A stretch of DNA of 10,510 nt from Deinococcaceae bacterium. GTDB taxonomy: Bacteria > Deinococcota > Deinococci > Deinococcales > Trueperaceae. The position numbers were made by a program, and so were the translations under genes. The notes beneath the pieces are model-generated. The model ran no database searches. It saw only the letters and a program-made list of their open reading frames with translations, and was not told the DNA's origin. Below, piece by piece: positions 1-7,993 of this stretch (positions within the stretch are counted from its first letter, which is position 1; every line of letters begins with the position of its first letter). The DNA lies in NCBI GenBank assembly GCA_040256005.1, contig JBDZWC010000044.1, positions 1-10,510 of the forward strand, written 5' to 3'.

Positions 1-41
1 GGGGGAGCGGTCGCTCGCCCCGCGTCGGACGTGGCCGGCGA

Positions 42-1058
42 TCAGTCGCCCGCGACCCTCACGACGAGGCGGCCGACTGTCCTCCCGGCCAGCACGTCCT
101 CCAGGGCCGCGTCGAGGTCGTGCAGCGCGATCTCCGTGGTCACGGCAGCGAGCTGCCCGCCCTGGGAAGCCGCCGCGGCAGCCAGGTCATCCCAGGCCCT
201 CTCGCGAGTGGCCAGCGCCGCGTGCTGCGAGTCAACGCCCATGAGCGCCACCCCGCGCAGGATGAACGGGAAGACAGTCGTCGGCAGGTCCGAGCCGCCC
301 ACCAGACCGCAGGCCGCGACGGCGCCTCCGACCGCCGTGCGTTTGAGAAGGTTGGCGAGCGTGGTTCCCCCGACCGTGTCCACCCCGCCTGCGAACTCCG
401 CGCTGAGGAGCGGCCGCTTGGTGGGCTCTTCGAGCTCCTGTCTGGCGCTGACCCGCGCCGCGCCCAGGCTCGTCAGTAGCGCGGTCGAGCTGGGGGTGCC
501 GGTACTCGCGACGACCTCGTAGCCGGCGTTCGCTCCGAGCCAGACCGCCAGGCTGCCTACCCCGCCGGAAGCGCCGGTCACGACCAGCGGCCCCAGCTCC
601 GGCGTCACGCCCGCGTCCGCCAGGCGGTCCAGGGCCAGCGCGGCGGTCAGGCCGGCGGTACCGATGGCCATGGCGTCCCGCGCGCTCAGGTTGGGCGGGC
701 GGCGCACCAGCCAGTCCCCCGGCACGCGGATGTATGTCGCGTAACCACCGGGGGTGTTCATGCCGAGGTCGAACCCGGTACAGATGACCTCGTCACCGGG
801 GGCGAAGCGCCCGTCCGCTGAGCTTACGACCGTGCCGGCAGCGTCTATGCCGGGCGTGTGCGGGTACGACTTGGTGACACCGCGGTTCCCGCCTGCCGAG
901 AGGGCGTCCTTGTAGTTGACCGACGAGTACCTGACCGCGACCGCGACGTCATGGGGCGGTAGCACCGCGGGCTCGACGGTCTCCACCCCGCGCCTCACCC
1001 GGTCTCCGTCCACATGCACCCGGAACGCCTCGAAGGCGTCCAGCTTCCGCTCTGTCAT
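42..1058 (-). CDS. YhdH/YhfP-family MDR oxidoreductase (acrylyl-CoA reductase AcuI-like / putative quinone oxidoreductase), 338 aa
   Basis: Motifs YSSVNYKD, PGIDAAG, GTAGLTA, the nucleotide-binding VTGASGGVGS and PFILRGV are typical of YhdH/AcuI. The start is moved from the track's 1298 (which overlaps dsbA) to ATG 1058 (MTERKL). A TACGAT box lies 7 nt upstream of it. ATG 1067 is an alternative. Confidence 0.9.
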   Translation of the reverse strand: MTERKLDAFEAFRVHVDGDRVRRGVETVEPAVLPPHDVAVAVRYSSVNYKDALSAGGNRGVTKSYPHTPGIDAAGTVVSSADGRFAPGDEVICTGFDLGMNTPGGYATYIRVPGDWLVRRPPNLSARDAMAIGTAGLTAALALDRLADAGVTPELGPLVVTGASGGVGSLAVWLGANAGYEVVASTGTPSSTALLTSLGAARVSARQELEEPTKRPLLSAEFAGGVDTVGGTTLANLLKRTAVGGAVAACGLVGGSDLPTTVFPFILRGVALMGVDSQHAALATRERAWDDLAAAAASQGGQLAAVTTEIALHDLDAALEDVLAGRTVGRLVVRVAGD

Positions 1059-1065
1059 GGCGGTC

Positions 1066-1090
1066 ATCGTATCTATTGCCTTTGTAGACT
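1066..1090. promoter_or_regulatory. Back-to-back -10 elements of divergent leaderless promoters
   Basis: Minus strand: TACGAT (1071..1066), 7 nt, ATG 1058. Plus strand: TAGACT (1085-1090), 7 nt, ATG 1098. Both lie in a locally AT-rich patch and neither gene has an SD. Confidence 0.7.
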
Positions 1091-1097
1091 TACCGCC

Positions 1098-1742
1098 ATG
1101 AAGCAGTCCCGCACACTGACGATCGCGACCGTGGTGGTCGTGGTGCTCATCCTCGCCGCCGCCATCCTGATCCCCCGCCTGACCGGCGGCAGCGCCCAGG
1201 CGGCCGGCGCCGACATCGACTACGCGTCTCAGCCGTACGTCGGCGACCCGGCGGCTCCGGTCAAGATGGCGATCTTCTTCGACTTCCTGTGCCCACACTG
1301 CGCGAACTTCGGCGAGACCGTCACTCCGGTGATCAAGCGCGAGTTCGTGGAGGACGGACAGGCGGCGATCTACTTCGTGAACTTCCCCGTCATCGCGCCG
1401 CAGGGCATGTCACGCACGCTGGCGATGGTCGGCGAGTGCGTGAACAGGCAGGGCAGCGACGGCTTCGGGATCCTCGAGCCGGTGTTCCTGAGGTCACAGG
1501 CGACGCTCAACAGCCCGCAGCGCGCCTACGAACTGGCGGCCGAGTTCGTGCCTGGCCTCGACCGCGCGGCGCTGCAGCAGTGCGTGGAGAGCAACGAGAC
1601 CGCCAGCCTCGTCGACGACGACGTCCAACTCGCCAGGCGCCTCGGCGTGACGGGCACGCCCACCGTGTACGTCGACGGGCAGCGCGTGGCGAACCCCACG
1701 CTGGCCAACGTGCGCAACGCCATCGAGGACGCGCTGCCCTAA
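1098..1742 (+). CDS. Membrane-anchored DsbA/BdbD-family thiol-disulfide oxidoreductase, 214 aa
   Basis: N-terminal hydrophobic anchor (IATVVVVVLILAAAILI), YVGDPAAPV, the active site DFLCPHC and the cis-Pro loop GVTGTPT. Start is ATG 1098 (MKQSRT), not 1014. Confidence 0.9.
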   Translation: MKQSRTLTIATVVVVVLILAAAILIPRLTGGSAQAAGADIDYASQPYVGDPAAPVKMAIFFDFLCPHCANFGETVTPVIKREFVEDGQAAIYFVNFPVIAPQGMSRTLAMVGECVNRQGSDGFGILEPVFLRSQATLNSPQRAYELAAEFVPGLDRAALQQCVESNETASLVDDDVQLARRLGVTGTPTVYVDGQRVANPTLANVRNAIEDALP

Positions 1743-1743
1743 G

Positions 1744-2160
1744 GTGAGGCTGCCGCTGCTCTACCCAGCATGGTTGGTCGCGCTCGTGGCGACGTTGGGC
1801 AGCCTCTACTTCAGCGAGGTGAGGGGTTTCGTGCCCTGCACGCTGTGTTGGTACCAGCGGATCCTCATGTACCCGCTCGTACTGCTGCTCGGGGTCGCGA
1901 CCTACCGACAGGACGAGCGCGGCTTCGCCTACGTGCTGCCGCTGTCGGTAGCGGGGATGTTCGTGTCCACGTACCACGTGCTCGAGCAGAACGTCCCCGG
2001 CTTCGGCGCGCCAGCCCTCTGCGCGGCCGGCGTGCCGTGTAGCGCCAAGTACATCAACTGGCTCGGCTTCATCTCCATACCGGTGTTGGCGCTCACGGCG
2101 TTCACGATCATCACGGTGCTGCTGTTCGTCAGTCGCGCCCGTGCTCGTCGTCTCGCGTGA
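1744..2160 (+). CDS. bdbC: Disulfide bond formation protein DsbB/BdbC family, 138 aa
   Basis: GSLYFSEV, PCTLCWYQRILMYP, a second Cys pair CAAGVPC, YINWLGFISIP and four hydrophobic helices. The GTG start lies 1 nt after the dsbA stop. Confidence 0.9.
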   Translation: MRLPLLYPAWLVALVATLGSLYFSEVRGFVPCTLCWYQRILMYPLVLLLGVATYRQDERGFAYVLPLSVAGMFVSTYHVLEQNVPGFGAPALCAAGVPCSAKYINWLGFISIPVLALTAFTIITVLLFVSRARARRLA

Positions 2161-2527
2161 CGATGCCCGCCGCCCACATGCTCCAGACCCAGAAGCCCTT
2201 GGTAGGGCGGTAGGCGAGCGCGACGGCCACGACGCCGGTGCCTATCAGCACCCACTCCAAGCCCTGGTACAGCCCGTAGAGCGCCACCGTCACGGCGCCC
2301 ACGACGATGATGGCGACGATGGCGATCGCGTAGGCGATGACCATCGCGCCCAGCCACGACCCGGCGTCGCGCTCGAACCTGACCCCGCAGCCGCGGCACG
2401 TCCGGTAGAGGCCCCAGAAGGACCTGAACATGGGCGTGCCGCAGTTGGGGCACAGGCCCCGGATGCCGCGCCACATGGCGCGACGGTCGGCCGGGCGGCC
2501 GTCGTACGGGTTCTCGGCTTCGGTCAC
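2129..2527 (-). CDS. DUF983-like small membrane protein with an N-terminal Zn ribbon, 132 aa
   Basis: RGIRGLCPNCG...CRGCG followed by FERDAG and two TM helices ending YRPTKGFW. A GGGAG SD lies upstream of GTG 2527. Confidence 0.75.
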   Translation of the reverse strand: MTEAENPYDGRPADRRAMWRGIRGLCPNCGTPMFRSFWGLYRTCRGCGVRFERDAGSWLGAMVIAYAIAIVAIIVVGAVTVALYGLYQGLEWVLIGTGVVAVALAYRPTKGFWVWSMWAAGIVTRDDEHGRD

Positions 2528-2561
2528 ACGGGTCTCCCGGGCGCGCCCGCCAGCCCCCGTG

Positions 2562-3449
2562 TCACGGGGTGGGCGCGGACCTCACCTCATCGAACCTCAC
2601 GGGCGCTCGGAACCGTGTAGCGAAGCGTTCGCGGAACTCCTCCCAGTCCGCCTCGCTGCGCTCCCGCGCGTCGGTCTCGCACCACATGAGGAACGGGACC
2701 AGGAACGAGCGGGCGTAACGGACCTCCTCCCTGAAGATCCGACCGGAGAGGCCGCCCGCGTCCAGCAGCCCGGAGGACACGAAGCGCTCGAGAGCGGCGT
2801 CGACATCGTACGGCACGCGCCTGAACTCGGGCTGCCAGGCTCCGTCGCCGAGCTCGAGGATCAGGTAGTGAGCTCTCTGGTCGCCGTTGAACGGCGCGCC
2901 GACCGCGCCCGTGTTCATCACCCTGTAATGTCCCCAAGTCGTCAGGAACGGCCTATGGGTATGGGAGCCGACGAGGACGTCGGCCGGGTGAGCCTCGGTG
3001 ATCTCGGAGATGGTCTCGGCAGAGAGCTCGGTGCCGTACCCCTCGCGGTAGTGCCGCGGACTGCCGTGCGAGATGAGCAGCCTGGGCGCACCTCGCGGCT
3101 CGACCCTGAGCGTCATCGGCAACGCCTCGATGTCGTCAAGGAACCCCTCGGGCTCCAACCTCTGAGCCGACCAACCCACTGTGCCCCAGAACGGGTCGTC
3201 GAACCACGGCTCGGAGCGATCGCCGCGGCGTCCGAACCACATCAGCATCAGGTCGTCGTGGTTGCCGAGAGTGGCGTTGCCCGACAGGCTGCCGCGCATC
3301 CGCTGGAAGACGGCCAAGGTGTCCGGACCCCGGTTCGCCAGGTCGCCGTTCACGATCAGGCGGTCCACGCCCTGTGTGGAGACGTCCTCGAGCACCGCCT
3401 CCAACGCGGGAAGGTTGCCGTGGACGTCGGCGATGATGGCGAGGCGCAC
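2562..3449 (-). CDS. Calcineurin-like metallophosphoesterase, 295 aa
   Basis: All five family motifs are present: ADVHGN, NGDLANRG, GNHD, HGSP and GSHTH, plus NTGAVG and RRVPYD. GTG 3449 (MRLAIIAD) is preferred over 3455 because of the -10 spacing. Confidence 0.88.
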   Translation of the reverse strand: MRLAIIADVHGNLPALEAVLEDVSTQGVDRLIVNGDLANRGPDTLAVFQRMRGSLSGNATLGNHDDLMLMWFGRRGDRSEPWFDDPFWGTVGWSAQRLEPEGFLDDIEALPMTLRVEPRGAPRLLISHGSPRHYREGYGTELSAETISEITEAHPADVLVGSHTHRPFLTTWGHYRVMNTGAVGAPFNGDQRAHYLILELGDGAWQPEFRRVPYDVDAALERFVSSGLLDAGGLSGRIFREEVRYARSFLVPFLMWCETDARERSEADWEEFRERFATRFRAPVRFDEVRSAPTP

Positions 3450-3457
3450 GCTCACGG

Positions 3458-3463
3458 AGTGTA
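3458..3463 (-). promoter_or_regulatory. -10 element TACACT of an internal, probably leaderless promoter for the metallophosphoesterase
   Basis: The minus strand reads ggggtTACACTccgtgagcGTG. TACACT matches 4 of 6 positions of TATAAT, keeps TANNNT, and lies 8 nt from GTG 3449. Confidence 0.6.
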
Positions 3464-3492
3464 ACCCCGGCCCTGCCGCCGGAAAGGCGTGC

Positions 3493-4332
3493 TCAGCCGC
3501 CCACCGCCGCGCGCATCACGGATACGGGCGGCTCGAGCCCCGTCCAGGCGCGCAGTGACTCGGCGCCTTGCCACACGAGCATCGCCAGACCGTCCAGCGT
3601 GCGCAGGCCGCGCTCCCTGGCGGCCGCTATCAGCGGCGTGACCCTCGGCTTGTACACCAGGTCGTACACGAGCGCGTCGCGCGGCAGGAGCGAGACGTCG
3701 ACGTCGAGGGGCAGCGCCCGCTCCGCGGGGCCGCCCTCCATGCCCACGGTCGTGGCGTTGACGAGCAGGCCGGCGGCTGGCAGCACCGACGCGAGGTCCC
3801 GCGGGCCCAGGTGCGCGACGCTGGGACCCCCGCCCGCGAAGCTTCCCGCGAGCGCGGAGGCGGCGTCGGCGTCGCGCGCGGCCACCATCACCAGCGCTCC
3901 CAGCCGATGCAGGCCGTAGACGACGGCGCGCGCCGCGCCACCCGCGCCGATCACGAGGGCCACGGCTTCATGGTCGTGACCCGCCTCCTCGAGGGCCCTC
4001 AGGAACCCGGCCCCGTCCGTGTTGTCGCCTATCAGCCGGCCCTCACGCGGCAGCAGCGTGTTCACGGCGCCGATAGCCGCGGCCGCGTCGGTCACCTCGT
4101 CGAGGAGCGGCATGACCGCGCGCTTGTGCGGAGTCGTGACGTTCGCTCCCAGGAAGTCGGGGTCCGACCTGAAGAGCTCGACCTGCTGGGCGAGCTGCTC
4201 CGGGGGCACGTCCAGAGCCTCGTACGTCGCCGCCAACCCCAGCGCCCCGAAGGCGGCGCCGTGCATGGCCGGGCTCAGGGAGTGTCCGGCGGGGTGGGCG
4301 AGCAGGTACGCGCGCCCCGTGGGGCCCGCCAC
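3493..4332 (-). CDS. aroE: Shikimate dehydrogenase, 279 aa
   Basis: HSLSPAMH, GANVTTPHK (catalytic Lys), IGAVNT, GDNTDG (catalytic Asp), IGAGGAARA, VNATTVGM, DLVYKP and GLAMLVWQG. Confidence 0.93.
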   Translation of the reverse strand: MAGPTGRAYLLAHPAGHSLSPAMHGAAFGALGLAATYEALDVPPEQLAQQVELFRSDPDFLGANVTTPHKRAVMPLLDEVTDAAAAIGAVNTLLPREGRLIGDNTDGAGFLRALEEAGHDHEAVALVIGAGGAARAVVYGLHRLGALVMVAARDADAASALAGSFAGGGPSVAHLGPRDLASVLPAAGLLVNATTVGMEGGPAERALPLDVDVSLLPRDALVYDLVYKPRVTPLIAAARERGLRTLDGLAMLVWQGAESLRAWTGLEPPVSVMRAAVGG

Positions 4333-4347
4333 GGTCGTGGCCGCGCC

Positions 4348-5396
<1,049 letters not shown>

Positions 5397-5400
<4 letters not shown>

Positions 5401-6785
5401 GGGCGCACCCCGCTCTCCACCGGCCGGGGTGACGCGACCACGGCAACGCTCGAGGTCGCCTGCGCGGTCGGCGTTACCTCCTCGAGCCAGGCTCCGAACG
5501 CGGCCAAACCGTTCTCGTACATCTGCTCCCTGCGCTCCTTGCGCGAGACGCCCTTGCGCTTCGGCACCTCGGGCACCAGCCCCCAGTTGGCGTTCATCGG
5601 CTGGAAGCCCTCGGGGTTCGCCGACGACAGGTACCTGACGAGGCCACCGAGCATGCTCGCCGCTGGCGGCACCACCGGTTCCTGTCCGAGGACCGTCCGG
5701 GCCGCGTTCGTCCCGGCGAGCCAGCCTGTGGCCGACGACTCCAGATAGCCCTCGGTGCCGGCCAGGACGCCGGCGGTGAACAGGCGTGGCTCGTCGCGGA
5801 ACGCGAGGGCGGGCGACAGGAGGGCGGGTGCGTTGAGGTAGGTGTTCCGGTGCATGACGCCGTAGCGGACGACCTCCGCGTTCTCGAGACCGGGGATCAG
5901 CCTGACGATCTCCTTCTGATCGCCCCACTTGAGCCCCGTCTGGAAGCCGACGAGCGACCACATCCGTCCCGCCGCGTCCTCCTGCCTGAGCTGCACCACG
6001 GCGTAGGGCCGGCGGCCAGTGCGCGGGTCCTCGAGGCCCACTGGCTTCATGGGCCCGAAGCGCGGCGTGTCGTAGCCGCGCCGCGCCAGTTCCTCGATGG
6101 GCATGCAGCCCTCGAAGAACTCGAGGTTCTCCCAATCGTGCGGGGTATGGCTCCTGGCGCTCTCCAGGGCCCTGTAGAACCGCTCGTACTGCTCCTCGTT
6201 TAGCGGCAGGTTGATGTAGTCGGCCTCCTGGCCGTAGCGGCCGGCCCGGTATGCGACGCTCATGTCGATGGTGTCGTACGTCACGATGGGGGCGGCCGCG
6301 TCATAGAAGCCCAGGAACGTATCGCCCACGATCTCCACCAGCGACCCCGCCAGCGCGTCGCTCGTCAGGGGGCCCGTCGCCAGCACGACGACGCCGCCTG
6401 GTACGTCTGTGACCTCTCCCGACCCCACGGTGATGCGCGGCTCCGCCCTCACCCTCGCGGTGACGGCCCGGCTGAACGCCTCCCTGTCCACAGCGAGCGC
6501 GCCACCGGCCGGCACCCGGTTCTGCAAGGCGGAGCCCATGACGACGCCACCGGCCAGCGTCATCTCCGCCTGCAGCAGGCCCTTGGCGTTGCTCCTGGCC
6601 TCGCCCCCGAAGCTGTTCGAGCACACCATCTCGGCGAAGTCGCCGGTCACGTGCGCCGGCGTGAGCTTCTCGGGCCGCATCTCGCGCAGCTCGACCTCTA
6701 CGCCCAGGCGCGCCGCTGCCAGCGCCGCCTCGCTGCCGGCCATGCCGGCTCCGATCACGGTCACACGCCGTTCCGTTCGCGACAT
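5397..6785 (-). CDS. trmFO: Folate/FAD-dependent tRNA (uracil-54-C5)-methyltransferase, 462 aa
   Basis: FAD motif [20 protein letters not shown] and FFEGCMPIE (the two conserved Cys), [36 protein letters not shown] and PMNANWGL. Start is ATG 6785 (MSRTER). Confidence 0.95.
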
Positions 6786-6792
6786 CCTCGCC

Positions 6793-6829
6793 AGCGTAGC
6801 ACCGGGCCCCGCACGGTCCCGGCTAACCT
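6793..6829. promoter_or_regulatory. Divergent leaderless promoter pair (trmFO operon / RsiV-like gene)
   Basis: Minus strand: TGcTACGCT (an extended -10; hexamer 6798..6793), 7 nt, ATG 6785. Plus strand: TAACCT (6824-6829), 6 nt, ATG 6836. Confidence 0.65.
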
Positions 6830-6835
6830 GGGCCC

Positions 6836-7987
6836 ATGAGTCTCGGTGCACCCACGAGCACGCTGGCGCGCCTCCTCGCGTTCACAGCGGCGATGGCGCT
6901 CGCCTCCGGAGCCCTCGCGCAGGCAGCGGTCGAGCGTCCGGCCGGTCCCACCTGGTACCTGGGCACGCTGAGCGCGTCGGAAGGCGAGTCGGACCCGGTC
7001 CAGGTCCACCTGACCCTCTACGACGACGGCTTCGCGTTCGCGCGGGTCCAGCTGCCGGCCCAGGGTGTCGAGCTGATCGGCCCCGGGCGCCTCAAGGACG
7101 GCGCCGACCTGCGGCTCCGGCTCTGGGAGCTGCAGCCCGGCGAAGACCCCTGGTGGGCCGCCGAGCTCGCCCACCTGGCGGCCACCTCACCCGACGCCGC
7201 GCCCGAGGACAGGCTGCGCGAGACGGTGGCGGTGCTCATGGCGACGCGCGACGTGGACTTCGCCGACGAGGGCCGGCGCCTGACCGGGACCTTCCGCTGG
7301 TCGACGGGCGAGCCCAGCGACCTGGTCGTCGAACGCGTCTCCACGTCCGTGCGGTGGGCCTTCGAGCAGGGGCGGATCTCCTCGAGCGCGGTGCTGCCCT
7401 ACTTCGACGCGCGACCGGAGCTCAACCTCTGGTTCGAGGACAACGCGTTGCCCGCCTGGCGGTCGTTCGTGGCCGAGGGCCGCTCACTCGCCGCTGAAGG
7501 GGTCATCGGCTGGGGCTGGTACCGCGAGGAGAGGCTGCAGATCGCCGGCGGCGCGGGCGACCTCGTCAGCGTCCTATCCACCGTCGACACGTACACAGGT
7601 GGAGCGCACCCGAACTCGTTCCATCAGTCCTACCTGTTGCGTTCCGGTGGCGACGGCGTGGTGAACGTGCCGCTGGCGGACCTGTTCGGCGCGCGGAGCC
7701 GGTGGTTGCCGCGCCTCTCCGACCTCGTCCTGGACGGCCTACGCCGTCAGCAAGCGGCCTGGGTCGTAGACGGCCAGGTCGCGAGCCTCACCGAGGACGA
7801 CCTCGCCGTGTTCACGCTCACGGCACGGGGCATCACGTTCCACTTCTCGCCCTACCTGATGGGGCCGTACGTGCAGGGGACGTTCAGGGTCACGCTGCCA
7901 TACGAGGACGTCATGGACCTAGCGGCGCCGGACGGCCCGCTGACTACGTTCGCGGCCGGCACGCCGGTCCCTGGCTCCTTGGAGTGA
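6836..7987 (+). CDS. Secreted protein with a C-terminal RsiV/DUF3298(-DUF4163)-like domain, 383 aa
   Basis: Signal peptide ending ALA|QA (about residue 28). The C-terminal half has the family motifs VSVL...YTGGAHPN, LADLF, and F-x-LT-x-x-GITFHFSPY-x-x-GPY-x-x-G. Confidence 0.75.
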   Translation: MSLGAPTSTLARLLAFTAAMALASGALAQAAVERPAGPTWYLGTLSASEGESDPVQVHLTLYDDGFAFARVQLPAQGVELIGPGRLKDGADLRLRLWELQPGEDPWWAAELAHLAATSPDAAPEDRLRETVAVLMATRDVDFADEGRRLTGTFRWSTGEPSDLVVERVSTSVRWAFEQGRISSSAVLPYFDARPELNLWFEDNALPAWRSFVAEGRSLAAEGVIGWGWYREERLQIAGGAGDLVSVLSTVDTYTGGAHPNSFHQSYLLRSGGDGVVNVPLADLFGARSRWLPRLSDLVLDGLRRQQAAWVVDGQVASLTEDDLAVFTLTARGITFHFSPYLMGPYVQGTFRVTLPYEDVMDLAAPDGPLTTFAAGTPVPGSLE

Positions 7988-7993
7988 CCGGGG

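Noticed and set aside
1..21. GC hairpin GGGG-GAGC-GGTC-GCTC-G-CCCC downstream of the reductase stop, a possible terminator
   Set aside because: It is imperfect and sits at the window edge, so any U-tract cannot be seen.
1059..1298. N-terminal extension of the reductase (track ORF 42..1298), and the 1014 start for dsbA
   Set aside because: Each extension overlaps the opposite gene, lacks family similarity, and ignores the -10/ATG pairs at 1058 and 1098.
2430..3464. 344-aa plus-strand ORF antisense to the metallophosphoesterase
   Set aside because: It is a shadow ORF caused by high GC and codon bias, with no recognisable motifs.
3464..3492. Short stems (CGCC/GGCG, CCGGC/GCCGG) after the aroE stop as a terminator
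   Set aside because: The stems are only 4-5 bp and no U-tract follows.
5401..6135. Apparent 245-aa N-terminal extension of ltaE, or a trmFO-ltaE frameshift fusion
   Set aside because: It is an alternative frame inside an intact trmFO. I saw no slippery site, and ltaE has a normal start at 5400 with an ATGA overlap.
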